A stretch of 64,000 nt of DNA from an uncultured Prevotellaceae bacterium (GTDB lineage: Bacteria > Bacteroidota > Bacteroidia > Bacteroidales > Bacteroidaceae), in assembly GCA_902776545.1 (NCBI GenBank), contig CACYQO010000031.1, forward strand, positions 7,161 through 71,160, written 5' to 3'. A program made the position numbers and the translations under genes. The notes beneath the pieces were generated by a model. The model made no database searches and was not told the origin of the DNA. It worked only from the letters and a program-made list of their open reading frames with translations. Shown here piece by piece: positions 32,350 to 41,988 of the stretch. Positions within the stretch are counted from its first letter, which is position 1; the number at the start of each line of letters is the position of its first letter.

Positions 32350-33402
32350 TTAGTTATTAATGAGGGTTGATATTCTCTCAACAATCCGCTCAGGCGGAAT
32401 GTTCTGTAGACAAGCAAAGTCACCGCGACGGCAGGGTTTGTTACCATAGATGCTGCACGGGCGGCAGTCGAGATTCAGCTGGATAATGTTATCCTCCGAC
32501 TGATTGAAGCCAAGGAATCCTGCCATCGGGTGTGTAGCACCCCAGACACTGACGACGGGCGTGCCAGTGATTGAGGCCAGATGCATATTGGCTGAGTCCA
32601 TCGACAGCATCGCATCTAGATGGCTCATCAGGATCAGTTCCTGATACATCGACTCACAGTATTGAGATACAGACAGGCACTGGGGGTAGCGTTCCGTCCA
32701 CTGGCTGAAATATTCGTCTTCCTGTTCACCACGACCGAAGAGGAAGATGCGGGCCTTGGGGTATTTCTGGAGCAGTTGCTGGATGACTTGTTCCATCAGC
32801 CTTGGCGGATAGACCTTTCCCTCGTGGGCTGCAAAGGGGGCAATGCCGATCCACTGCTGGAAGTTCTTCTTAGGACCGATCTCTTTGGGCAGCATATTCA
32901 GGTTGCCACCTTCCTCTGGGAAAATGCTGTGGAACTGCTTGATGTCGACAGGATAGCCAAGGCGTGCAAAGACTTCTGAGTAACTCTTGAAAGAGGAGGG
33001 TAGGGGTCGCATCACCTTTTTGTGGCTCTTCGTCAACTGCCGACGCTGTTTGCGGTGCTTGCGAATGTGCTCCACACGATAGTGGCCTACGTTGAAACGC
33101 ATGCGGAGGTATTCAGAACGCAGCACGTCGTGGAGGTCGGCAACTTTGGTGAATTGCTTGGCCACCAGTCGGCGATAGAGGGCGTTGAGGCCCCGCATGC
33201 CACGATATTCATGCTTGAGATCGGCCTCCATGAAGTTCACGTTAGGGGCCAGGTCAGCGAACAGGGGTCTGGCGAAGGCGCGACTGAGTACGGTAATCCG
33301 GACATCGGGATACTGTGTCGCCAATGCCCACACCACGGGGACTACCATAGCCACATCGCCCAGTGCCGAGAACCGTATGACCAATATATGCTCCTTCTTC
33401 AT
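32350..33402 (-). CDS. glycosyltransferase family 9 (heptosyltransferase-like)
   Basis: IRFSALGDVAM, DSANMHLA, WGATHP motifs. Confidence 0.9.
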   Translation of the reverse strand: MKKEHILVIRFSALGDVAMVVPVVWALATQYPDVRITVLSRAFARPLFADLAPNVNFMEADLKHEYRGMRGLNALYRRLVAKQFTKVADLHDVLRSEYLRMRFNVGHYRVEHIRKHRKQRRQLTKSHKKVMRPLPSSFKSYSEVFARLGYPVDIKQFHSIFPEEGGNLNMLPKEIGPKKNFQQWIGIAPFAAHEGKVYPPRLMEQVIQQLLQKYPKARIFLFGRGEQEDEYFSQWTERYPQCLSVSQYCESMYQELILMSHLDAMLSMDSANMHLASITGTPVVSVWGATHPMAGFLGFNQSEDNIIQLNLDCRPCSIYGNKPCRRGDFACLQNIPPERIVERISTLINN

Positions 33403-33421
33403 TGACTTTGAACTTTGAGCT

Positions 33422-34027
33422 TTATGATTTCTTATAAAGCACAGGGTTAGTGGCGGGGTCGTTGTACATCTTCATCTGACGATAGACCTTCATATACTTA
33501 CGTCCGGCCTCGATATCCTCTAACAGCTGGTCGATGGCCAGCGAGAGGTCTTTCTGTTGCTCCAACAACACGTTGAGCTTTGCCTGACACTTGGCGATAT
33601 GGTCTGCCTCGGCATCCTGACGTTCCACCTGTTCCTGCATATGATAGATCTTCAGGGCGAGGATGCTCAGACGGTCTATGGCCCAGGCGGGACTCTCTGT
33701 GTTCAGACGGGCCTCAGGCAGCACCTTCACTTCACTATAGTGCTGACGGAACCAGGAGTCGATCTCCTCCACCAGGTCTGTACGGTCCTGATTACTCTTG
33801 TCGATGCGGCGTTTCAGCGACAGGGCCTCGACGGGGTTGATGTGCGGGTCGCGGATCAGATCCTCAAAATGCCACTGAACGGTGTCGATCCAACATTTCA
33901 GATAAAGACTGTATTCAATACTGTCTTTTGGATACGGATTGTGAATAGGCGTATCGACATTGTCCGTCACGTGGTAATCGGCAATCGCCCTGTTGAAAAT
34001 CTGGTTGGCTTGTTCGGTAAATAGCAT
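33422..34027 (-). CDS. DUF4254 domain protein
   Basis: QWHFED..R, IDKSNQDRTD, TESPAWAIDRLSIL motifs. Confidence 0.85.
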   Translation of the reverse strand: MLFTEQANQIFNRAIADYHVTDNVDTPIHNPYPKDSIEYSLYLKCWIDTVQWHFEDLIRDPHINPVEALSLKRRIDKSNQDRTDLVEEIDSWFRQHYSEVKVLPEARLNTESPAWAIDRLSILALKIYHMQEQVERQDAEADHIAKCQAKLNVLLEQQKDLSLAIDQLLEDIEAGRKYMKVYRQMKMYNDPATNPVLYKKS

Positions 34028-34306
34028 GCTCTTTTTGTTTTTATTCCGCAAAGCTACGGAATCTTTTTCAAATAACCAACGAATTGTTCAGTTTTTCGTA
34101 TATTTTTTCTTTTTATTAGAATATTGAGGTCAAAAAGGGGCGAATTTTTGCACAAATACCCCTATAGTGTGCAATAAGGGTGCAGTTTTTCTTAAAAAAA
34201 TTTGCGTAAGTGAAAGAAAATGTGTTACTTTGCACCCGATTTCGGCAAAAAGCCGTAAAAATTTCAAGATAGCAAAATCATTATTAACGTTTTAAAGATT
34301 AAAATT

Positions 34307-34543
34307 ATGTCAGAAATTGAAAGCAAAGTAAAGGCAATTATTGTAGACAAACTGGGTGTTGACGAAGCAGAAGTAAAGGCAGAGGCCAGCTTCACCAATG
34401 ATCTGGGTGCAGATTCACTGGATACCGTTGAGTTGATCATGGAGTTTGAGAAGGAGTTTGGTATCTCCATTCCCGACGATAAGGCAGAGAAGATCGGTAC
34501 CGTTGGTGACGCTATCGCTTACATCGAGGAGAACGCAAAATAA
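34307..34543 (+). CDS. acpP: acyl carrier protein
   Basis: [14 protein letters not shown] motif. Confidence 0.97.
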   Translation: MSEIESKVKAIIVDKLGVDEAEVKAEASFTNDLGADSLDTVELIMEFEKEFGISIPDDKAEKIGTVGDAIAYIEENAK

Positions 34544-34557
34544 ATTTATGGATATTG

Positions 34558-34597
34558 TATGGTTTGTTCCCACTCAGGGGCAAACCATATTTTTTTT
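34558..34597 (+). terminator. hairpin plus T-run between acpP and fabF
   Basis: TATGGTTTG..CAAACCATA followed by T-run. Confidence 0.7.
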
Positions 34598-34603
34598 GAG
34601 TTT

Positions 34604-35815
34604 ATGGAATTAAAAAGAGTAGTCGTTACAGGTTTAGGTGCTGTGACTCCTGTAGGTAATACGCCTGAGGAGATGTGGAACAACCTGATCAACGGTGTGA
34701 GTGGAGCTGCTCCTATCACCTTGTTTGATACAAGCCTGTTTAAGACGAAGTTTGCCTGTGAGGTGAAGAACCTCAACATCAACGATTATCTGGATCGCAA
34801 GGAAGCCCGTAAGATGGACCGCTATACGCAGTTCGGCGTGATTGCTGCCATCCAGGCCGTGAAAGACTGCGGCTGGGATCTGGAGCATGAGGACAAGAAC
34901 CGCATCGGCGTAGTCTTCGGCGTCGGTATCGGGGGTATTAAGACCTTTGAGGAAGAAGTGTCGTACTATGCTCTGAACAAGGAGAATGGCCCAAAGTATA
35001 ATCCCTTCTTCATTCCCAAGATGATTGCCGACATCGCCGCCGGACAGATTTCCATCATGTATGGTTTCCACGGACCCAACTATATCACCGCTTCCGCCTG
35101 TGCATCTTCAAGCAACGCGCTGGCAGACGCCTTCAACCTGATTCGTCTGGGCAAGGCCAACGCTATTGTTGCTGGTGGTGCTGAGGCTGCCATCTGCGCT
35201 ACAGGTGTAGGTGGCTTCAACGCCATGCACGCCCTCTCTACTCGTAATGATGAGCCAGAGAAGGCCAGCCGTCCGTTCAGCGCCAGTCGCGACGGATTCA
35301 TCATGGCTGAGGGTGCCGGCTGTCTCATCCTGGAGGAGCTGGAGCACGCCAAGGCCCGTGGTGCAAAGATCTATGCCGAGATGGTTGGTGCCGGCATGAG
35401 TGCCGATGCCCATCACATCACAGCCTCACATCCTGAGGGACTGGGTGCCAAGCTCGTCATGCAGAATGCCCTGGATGATGCCGGCATGAAGCCTGAGGAC
35501 ATTGACTATATTAATGTACACGGCACATCGACGCACGTGGGTGACATCTCTGAGGCCAAGGCTATCAAGGAGGTCTTTGGCGATGCTGCCTATAAGCTGA
35601 ACATCTCGTCGACGAAGTCGATGACTGGTCACATGCTGGGTGCCGCCGGAGCTGTAGAGGCTATGGCCACCGTGCTCGCTGTGCAGAACGATATCGTTCC
35701 TCCGACGATCAACCACGACGAGGAGGACAAGGATCCTGAGATCGACTACGATCTGAACTTCACCTTCAACAAGGCACAGAAGCGCGTGGTGCGTGCCGGA
35801 CTGAGCAATACGTTT
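34604..35815 (+). CDS. fabF: beta-ketoacyl-ACP synthase II (C-terminus missing; fused in frame to rnc)
   Basis: MELKRVVVTGLG, ACASS, NVHGTST, KSMTGHMLGAAG; ends at SNTF without GFGGHN. Confidence 0.93.
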
Positions 35816-36820
35816 TCTTCTCTTTACGGCATATTGGGATTCTATCCCCGCAACATTGAGTATTACAAGCAGGCGCTGATGCACAAGAGCATCAAGAAGC
35901 GCAACGATAAGGGTAAACCGCTGAACAATGAGCGGCTGGAGTTCCTGGGCGATGCCATACTCGATGCTGCCGTGGGATATATCGTCTACCGTCACTATGA
36001 GGGCAAGCGTGAGGGATTTCTGACCAATACCCGTTCCAAGTTGGTGAGCCGCGATACGCTGGGCAAGCTGGCAGGAGAGATGGGATTGGGAAACCTTTTG
36101 CTGTCTGCCAGTCATAGCACCTCGCACAACAGTTATGTCGAGGGCAACGCCTTTGAGGCTCTTGTGGGAGCGATCTATCTGGATCGTGGTTATGAGGCCT
36201 GTCTGGCGTTCTTTGAGAAACAAGTTCTCGGCAAGTATATTGACATCGACAAGGTGGCCTTCAAGGAGGTGAACTTCAAGTCGAAGCTCCTGGAATGGTC
36301 GCAAAAGAACCGTGTGCGGTTGGAGTTCAAGATGCTCAAGCAGAAGACCGATGAGAACGGCAGTCCTATCTTCAGCTTCCAAGTGATGCTTGAAGGTGTG
36401 GAAGGCGAGAAGGGTTCTGGCTATTCCAAGAAGGAGGCTCAGCAGCAGGCATCTAAGGATACCTTGCAGCGTCTGAAGCGTGAGCCGCAGTTCATCGATG
36501 CCATCTTCGCCGCCAAGACCGAACGCACAAAGATGGAGGAAGAGCCCGCTATGGCCGTCCCTGATACCGAGCAGGAGGAGAACTTTATCATAGAGCAGGA
36601 TAGTCGGGGGAACGAAGGTACGGGGGCACGGGGGAACGAGAATACCTCTACCTCAGACAAATTTCGCACCTCCGCACCCCCGCACCCCCGCACCTCCGAT
36701 AATCAGGACAACGAATTTGATCTCTCCGATCTCTCCGTCAAGCCCAAGGAGAAGACCCGCGAGGATATCATCGCTGAGGCCGAAGCTGCCGCCTTCTCTG
36801 AAGCAGAAACTGAAGTCTGA
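35816..36820 (+). CDS. rnc: ribonuclease III (N-terminus missing; acidic tail with repeat insertion)
   Basis: NERLEFLGDA, FEALVGAIYLD, dsRBD NFKSKLLEW..KKEAQQ. Confidence 0.93.
   Translation, partial: SSLYGILGFYPRNIEYYKQALMHKSIKKRNDKGKPLNNERLEFLGDAILDAAVGYIVYRHYEGKREGFLTNTRSKLVSRDTLGKLAGEMGLGNLLLSASHSTSHNSYVEGNAFEALVGAIYLDRGYEACLAFFEKQVLGKYIDIDKVAFKEVNFKSKLLEWSQKNRVRLEFKMLKQKTDENGSPIFSFQVMLEGVEGEKGSGYSKKEAQQQASKDTLQRLKREPQFIDAIFAAKTERTKMEEEPAMAVPDTEQEENFIIEQDSRGNEGTGARGNENTSTSDKFRTSAPPHPRTSDNQDNEFDLSDLSVKPKEKTREDIIAEAEAAAFSEAETEV
36605..36698. repeat. inverted 8-mer element in frame in rnc tail
   Basis: (CGGGGGAA/CGAAGGTA/CGGGGGCA)4 CGAGAATACC ... AATTTCG (CACCYCCG)4. Confidence 0.9.
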
Positions 36821-36840
36821 GACAAAATCATGCTTTGAAA

Positions 36841-37000
36841 CTGGCAGAAACCTCTGAGGAAACTGGCAGAGTTCTCGGCATAAACCGATGTTCAAGTCCG
36901 TTTAAACCGTTCGTCGACTTAAGTCAATGCATTCGTTGACTTAAGTCGACGAACAATTTGACTGGAGTCAACCAACGAGTTGACTCCATGTCAACGACCG
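36841..37000. repeat. 22-bp-period palindrome array
   Basis: GACTnnAGTC-type palindromes at 36913, 36935, 36957, 36979; 19-bp perfect IR 36909-36954; CTGGCAGA at 36841 and 36863. Confidence 0.85.
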
Positions 37001-37133
37001 ATAAATGAGCAATCAAACTTCATTCCCAAAGATCTGAAACATCTTGAAAATGATAATAAATCGTAATTTATTTTGCGATTCGCTCGATTTACACTATCTT
37101 TGCAGCCAATAATGTAATTATTGCGTAAGTAAG

Positions 37134-38633
37134 ATGAGTCTGACTCAAATAGTAAGAAAGGTATTTGTATCGCGCCAACGTGAGCTGGAGAAGCACCAGA
37201 ACGGAGGCGAAGCGCTGCAAAGGGCTGTGCTCACACACCTGTTGCAGGCGGCTAAGGATACTGAATACGGTCGTAACCACGCATTCAAGGCTATCAGGGG
37301 CTATGAGGATTTTGTCAACCATATGCCTGTGAACACTTATGAGGAACTGAAGGGTGATATCGACCGTATGCGACAGGGAGAGGCTGATGTGCTGTGGCCT
37401 GGTCGTGTGAAATGGTATGCGAAGTCCTCAGGCACCACCAATGATAAGTCGAAGTTCATTCCCGTCAGTCAGGAGGGTCTGCATAAGATCCACTATGCAG
37501 GAGGCCGTGACTCTGTGGCCATCTATCTGAGGAACAATCCCAAGTCAAGGATGTTCGACGGCAAGGGTTTGATCCTTGGCGGCAGTCACGCACCTAATTG
37601 TAATCTGAAAGACTCGCTGGTGGGTGACTTGAGCGCCATCCTCATCGAGAACATCAGTCCGTTGGTCAACCTCGTCCGTGTGCCGAAGAAGCAGACGGCC
37701 CTGCTTTCCGACTTTGAAGTGAAACGGGAGCGGATAGCCCGTGAGGCGATGAACAAAAATGTGACGAACATCTCTGGTGTGCCTTCGTGGATGCTTTCCG
37801 TGCTGACCTGCATGATGGAGATGACGGGAAAGACGCATTTGGAAGAAGTATGGCCGAACATCGAGGTGTTCTTTCATGGTGGTGTGGCCTTCACGCCTTA
37901 CCGCAAGCAATACGAACAGCTCATCACCTCGCCAAAGATGCACTATATGGAGACCTATAACGCCAGCGAGGGATTCTTCGGCATTCAGGACGATCCGACG
38001 GATAAATCCATGTTGCTGATGCTCGATTATGGGGTGTTCTATGAGTTTATCCCGATGGACGGAGGCGACCCAGTGCCTCTTTGGGGTGTTGAAAAAGGCA
38101 AGAACTATGCGATGGTCATCTCGACCTCGTGCGGTCTCTGGCGCTATGAGATAGGCGATACTGTACAGTTCACCTCGACGAACCCCTATAAGTTTATCAT
38201 CTCTGGTCGCACTAAGCACTTCATCAATGCCTTTGGCGAGGAGCTGATTGTGGACAATGCTGAGAAGGGACTGGCATATGCTTGCGAACAGACGGGAGCC
38301 GAAGTGTTGGAATACACGGCAGCCCCAGTGTTTATGGATGCTAATGCGAAGTGCCGCCATCAGTGGCTCATCGAGTTCTCCCGTCAGCCCAAAGACTTGA
38401 AACAGTTTGCAATGCTCCTTGATAAGCATCTGCAGGAGATCAACAGTGACTACGAAGCCAAGCGCTATAAGGACATCACACTCCAGCCGTTGGAGATCAT
38501 CGTGGCGCGCCAGAACCTCTTCAACGACTGGCTGAAGCTGCGTGGAAAGTTAGGCGGTCAGCACAAGGTGCCCCGTCTCAGTAACTCACGTGACACCATC
38601 GAACAACTGCTTAGGATGGGGAGTGAAAAGTGA
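37134..38633 (+). CDS. GH3 auxin-responsive promoter family (adenylate-forming) protein
   Basis: AKSSGTT..KFIP, YNASEG, WRYEIGD, GQHKVPRL motifs. Confidence 0.92.
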   Translation: MSLTQIVRKVFVSRQRELEKHQNGGEALQRAVLTHLLQAAKDTEYGRNHAFKAIRGYEDFVNHMPVNTYEELKGDIDRMRQGEADVLWPGRVKWYAKSSGTTNDKSKFIPVSQEGLHKIHYAGGRDSVAIYLRNNPKSRMFDGKGLILGGSHAPNCNLKDSLVGDLSAILIENISPLVNLVRVPKKQTALLSDFEVKRERIAREAMNKNVTNISGVPSWMLSVLTCMMEMTGKTHLEEVWPNIEVFFHGGVAFTPYRKQYEQLITSPKMHYMETYNASEGFFGIQDDPTDKSMLLMLDYGVFYEFIPMDGGDPVPLWGVEKGKNYAMVISTSCGLWRYEIGDTVQFTSTNPYKFIISGRTKHFINAFGEELIVDNAEKGLAYACEQTGAEVLEYTAAPVFMDANAKCRHQWLIEFSRQPKDLKQFAMLLDKHLQEINSDYEAKRYKDITLQPLEIIVARQNLFNDWLKLRGKLGGQHKVPRLSNSRDTIEQLLRMGSEK

Positions 38634-38768
38634 TGAGTGAAAAGTATAGGATCAATAAAAAGCGAAAAGTGTAAATAATGAAGAGTGAAAAAAATAGGGT
38701 CAACAAAAGAATTTTGTGGTGGTTAGCTCTGCCGCTACTTCTCACTTTTCACTTTTCACTTTTCACTT
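38621..38768. repeat. inverted heptamer element (GTGAAAA)n..(TTTTCAC)n without cargo gene
   Basis: Left arm holds GH3 stop; right arm CTGCCGCTAC plus 4 heptamers encodes LLTFHFSLFTSSC. Confidence 0.9.
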
Positions 38769-40681
38769 CTTCTTGCGCCAAGATGGGCAGTCCTGATGGC
38801 GGATGGTATGATGACGATCCGCCGAAGGTAGTCCGTAGTGTTCCTGACGACCAGTCTGTGAACGTCAAGAGCAAGAAGGTCACCATCTATTTCGATGAGT
38901 TCATCAAATTGGAGGATGCCACAAACAAAGTCATCATCTCGCCCCCGCAATTGGAAATGGCAGAGATCAAGGCTTCTGGTAAGAAGGTTGTCGTGGAATT
39001 GCAAGACTCGCTGAAGGAGAACACCACCTATACCATTGACTTCAGTGATGCCATCAGCGACAATAACGAAGGCAATCCGATGGGGTCCTATACTTTCACC
39101 TTCTCCACAGGCGAGCAGATTGATACCTTTGAGGTATCTGGCTATGTGCTTGACGCCAGTAACCTTGAACCTGTCAAGGGTATGATGGTGGGACTTTACG
39201 ACGACCTTGCCGACTCGGCCTTCAAGACCAAGCCGATGTTGCGCGTCTCACGTACTGACAGCCGTGGCCACTTTGTGGTGAAAGGTATCGCCCCAGGCAC
39301 CTACAGGGCTTATGCCTTGCAGGATATGGACAACGACTTCCACTATACACAACGTGGTGAGATGATGGCTTTCAACCATGAGACATTCAGTCCTACTTCA
39401 AAGCCCGACACTCGTATTGATACCATTTGGCGCGATTCGCTGCATATCGATGCCTTGCTTCCTGTTCCCTATACCCATTTCCTGCCGGATGATATCACGC
39501 TGATGGCTTTCACTCATATACAGACTGACCGCTATCTGCTCAAGACGGAGCGTAGGGATCCTGAGAAGTTCTCAATGTTCTTCACCTATGGTCACCCAGA
39601 GTTGCCCGTCATTAAAGGTATGAACTTTGAGGCTGACAGCGCCTTTGTCATCGAGACAGACGAGAAGCAGGACACCATCCACTACTGGCTGCGTGATACG
39701 GCCCTCGTCAATCAGGATACCCTTCGTATGGAAGTCACCTATATGATGACAGACACGGTTGGCAACCTCGTCAGCCAGACAGATACCCTTGAGGTGCTGG
39801 CAAAGACGCCCTACGAGAAGCGGATGAAGGAGAAAGCCAAGGAGATTGAGAAATGGCAGAAGGAGCAGGAGAAGAAAAAGAAGCGTGATCAGCCCTACGA
39901 CTCCATCTATCCTGTGCAGCCGTTGAAGCCCGATATCAGGATTCCCTCTGCGATGGTGCCAGACGAGAAAGTGCGCATTGTGATGCCAAATCCGTTGGTG
40001 CGCTGCGACACATCAGCCATCCATCTCTACTCACAGATAGACAGTCTGTGGTATGAGGCGGCCTACGTCTTCAAGTCTGTGGAAGGTACTATCAGGGAGT
40101 TTGAGATAACGGCTGAGTGGCGACCTGATACGGAATATAGTCTGGAGATAGATTCTGCTGCCTTTGAGAATATCTATGGTCAGGTGTCGAATAAGTACAA
40201 ACAGGGCATCAAGGTGAAGAGTCTTGACGAGTTGGGTACGCTGACGCTCAATCTTAGCGGTGTAACGGATACCATACCCCTGCGAGTGCAATTGTTAAAC
40301 AGTTCAGGCGGTGTGGTTAAGGAGATTGTGGCAAAAAACAATGTCGCCCATTTCGATTATGTGATGCCCAATAAATACTATGTCAGCGCCTTCCTCGATG
40401 CCAATGACAATGGCAAGTGGGATACAGGTGACTATGACGCAGACCTGCAACCAGAAGATGTGTTCTATTATAACCGTGAGATAGAATGTAAGGAGAAGTG
40501 GGACATCACCCAAGCCTGGAACATCACAGGTACACCTCGCTTCAAGCAGAAGCCCAGTGCTATCATAAAGCAGAAGCCTGATGCAGAGAAGAAACTCAAG
40601 AATCGTAATGCCGACCGTGCCAAAAAACTCGGCATACCATATAATAAAGACAAAGTTGTAAAGATAAATAATGAAAAGTGA
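38678..40681 (+). CDS. Ig-like domain lipoprotein
   Basis: Lipobox SSC followed by AKMGSPDGGWYD..PP; FDEFIKL; DANDNGKWDTG. Confidence 0.85.
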   Translation: MKSEKNRVNKRILWWLALPLLLTFHFSLFTSSCAKMGSPDGGWYDDDPPKVVRSVPDDQSVNVKSKKVTIYFDEFIKLEDATNKVIISPPQLEMAEIKASGKKVVVELQDSLKENTTYTIDFSDAISDNNEGNPMGSYTFTFSTGEQIDTFEVSGYVLDASNLEPVKGMMVGLYDDLADSAFKTKPMLRVSRTDSRGHFVVKGIAPGTYRAYALQDMDNDFHYTQRGEMMAFNHETFSPTSKPDTRIDTIWRDSLHIDALLPVPYTHFLPDDITLMAFTHIQTDRYLLKTERRDPEKFSMFFTYGHPELPVIKGMNFEADSAFVIETDEKQDTIHYWLRDTALVNQDTLRMEVTYMMTDTVGNLVSQTDTLEVLAKTPYEKRMKEKAKEIEKWQKEQEKKKKRDQPYDSIYPVQPLKPDIRIPSAMVPDEKVRIVMPNPLVRCDTSAIHLYSQIDSLWYEAAYVFKSVEGTIREFEITAEWRPDTEYSLEIDSAAFENIYGQVSNKYKQGIKVKSLDELGTLTLNLSGVTDTIPLRVQLLNSSGGVVKEIVAKNNVAHFDYVMPNKYYVSAFLDANDNGKWDTGDYDADLQPEDVFYYNREIECKEKWDITQAWNITGTPRFKQKPSAIIKQKPDAEKKLKNRNADRAKKLGIPYNKDKVVKINNEK

Positions 40682-41114
40682 TAAGTGAAAAGTAGAGGAT
40701 GATAAGAGGGGTATTAGAAGAGAAAAGTTTTCTATTTTCTGTTCGGATAGTGAATTTGATAAAATATCTTAGGACAGAAAGGAATGAATATATTATGTCA
40801 AAGCAATTGTTGCGAAGTGGAACCTCTATAGGGGCTAATGTTTCTGAAGCGCAATTTGCTCAGACAAAGGCAGATTTCCTGACAAAGATGCATATAGCAC
40901 TTAAGGAGGCCAGTGAAACCAGATATTGGTTGAGGCTACTTGAAGCAACCGAGTATTTGAATGAAACAGAAGCAAATAGTATGATTACTGAATGTAATGC
41001 ATTAATAAATATGTTAGTATCAACTTGTAAAACAACAAAAAATGAATAAGAATCAAATTATTTTGTGTAGGTTTCTGCCTGTACTTTTCACTTTTCACTT
41101 TTCACTTTTCACTT
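40671..41114 (+). mobile_element. putative gene-carrying heptamer-IR cassette with four-helix-bundle gene
   Basis: ATGAAAAGTGATAAGTGAAAAGTAGAGG - AT-rich ORF - TTCTGCCTGTAC(TTTTCAC)4; same inner flanks as the gene-less copies; mobility is inferred. Confidence 0.6.
40699..41049 (+). CDS. four helix bundle protein (23S rRNA intervening-sequence protein family, Avd-like)
   Basis: KSFLFSVRIV..SKQLLRSGTSIGANVSEA..ADFLTKMHIALKEASETRYWLRLL. Confidence 0.92.
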   Translation: MIRGVLEEKSFLFSVRIVNLIKYLRTERNEYIMSKQLLRSGTSIGANVSEAQFAQTKADFLTKMHIALKEASETRYWLRLLEATEYLNETEANSMITECNALINMLVSTCKTTKNE

Positions 41115-41872
41115 CTCGGGCTCAATGTGGGATAGAGAACACAGCCTTTAAGTCAGGCGAGGAACTCGCTTATGACCTTTACTTCAATTGGAAGTTCATC
41201 TGGGTGAAGGTAGGTACAGCCGAAATGGATACAAAGATGGCGAAGTTTGAGGGTAAGGATGCTTGGAAGTCATACCTGATTACCCGTGGCAACCCCAAAC
41301 TCGACAAGTTCTTCATCATGCGTGATACTTTGCTCTCCTATTGCAATCCTGATCTCTCGCCCCTCTATTTCCGCAAGGGAGCACAGGAGGGCGATAGTTA
41401 TTATGTTGATGAGATATGGTATAGCTATCCTCATGGCAACTGTCAGCTGAAGAAGCATCGCATTACCTCCAGCGGTGAACACCTCTGGAAGACCACTACG
41501 TATAAGTCTTGCATCTATGATATGATGTCCATCTTCCTCCGTGCCCGTAACTTTGATGCGTTGAAGATGAAGAAGAACGAGACGATTCCCATGCCCGTCA
41601 GTGATGCAATGGGTTTGAGCAACTCATGGCTTGAATATCGCGGCAAGGAAAACTATAAGATGAGCGACACCAAGGAGAAGTTCCGTTGTCTGGTGTTCTC
41701 GTTCTATGAGCGTGAAAACGGCAAGAGCAAGGAACTGCTGCGTTTCTGGGTTACAGATGACGATAACCATATACCAGTACGCCTCGACATGTTCCTTTCG
41801 TTCGGAAGTGCCAAGGCGTACCTGAAGTCGTATAAAGGTATCCGCAGCCCGATGACGGCGAAGATTAAGTGA
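41042..41872 (+). CDS. DUF3108 family secreted protein
   Basis: AQCGIENTAFKSGEELAY..FNWKFIW; WVTDDDNHIPVR. Confidence 0.82.
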   Translation: MNKNQIILCRFLPVLFTFHFSLFTSRAQCGIENTAFKSGEELAYDLYFNWKFIWVKVGTAEMDTKMAKFEGKDAWKSYLITRGNPKLDKFFIMRDTLLSYCNPDLSPLYFRKGAQEGDSYYVDEIWYSYPHGNCQLKKHRITSSGEHLWKTTTYKSCIYDMMSIFLRARNFDALKMKKNETIPMPVSDAMGLSNSWLEYRGKENYKMSDTKEKFRCLVFSFYERENGKSKELLRFWVTDDDNHIPVRLDMFLSFGSAKAYLKSYKGIRSPMTAKIK

Positions 41873-41877
41873 TTTTT

Positions 41878-41984
41878 TTGTTTATAGTTTAAAGTTTATA
41901 GTTTATAGATGATTACTTCTATAGGCAGAATGAATGGCTTGCCAGGTTATCATCTATAAACTATAAACTTTAAACTATAAACAA
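41878..41984. repeat. inverted (TTTATAG)n..(CTATAAA)n element with 36-bp perfect arms
   Basis: 41878-41913 is the exact reverse complement of 41949-41984; between convergent genes, could act as terminator. Confidence 0.92.
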
Positions 41985-41988
41985 TTTA

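Noticed and set aside
34559..36820. 753-aa novel FabF-RNase III protein as a real system
   Set aside because: Both partners lose conserved ends and three similar deletions occur nearby, so an artefact is more parsimonious. Kept only as a check item.
36913..37000. Possible mini-CRISPR array
   Set aside because: Period is only 22 bp, the repeats are degenerate, there are no spacer-sized unique segments and no cas genes.
40699..41049. Diversity-generating retroelement because of the Avd-like gene
   Set aside because: No reverse transcriptase and no TR/VR pair with adenine-specific differences seen in the window. The 93-bp duplication is identical, and the rubredoxin repeat differences are mixed transitions.
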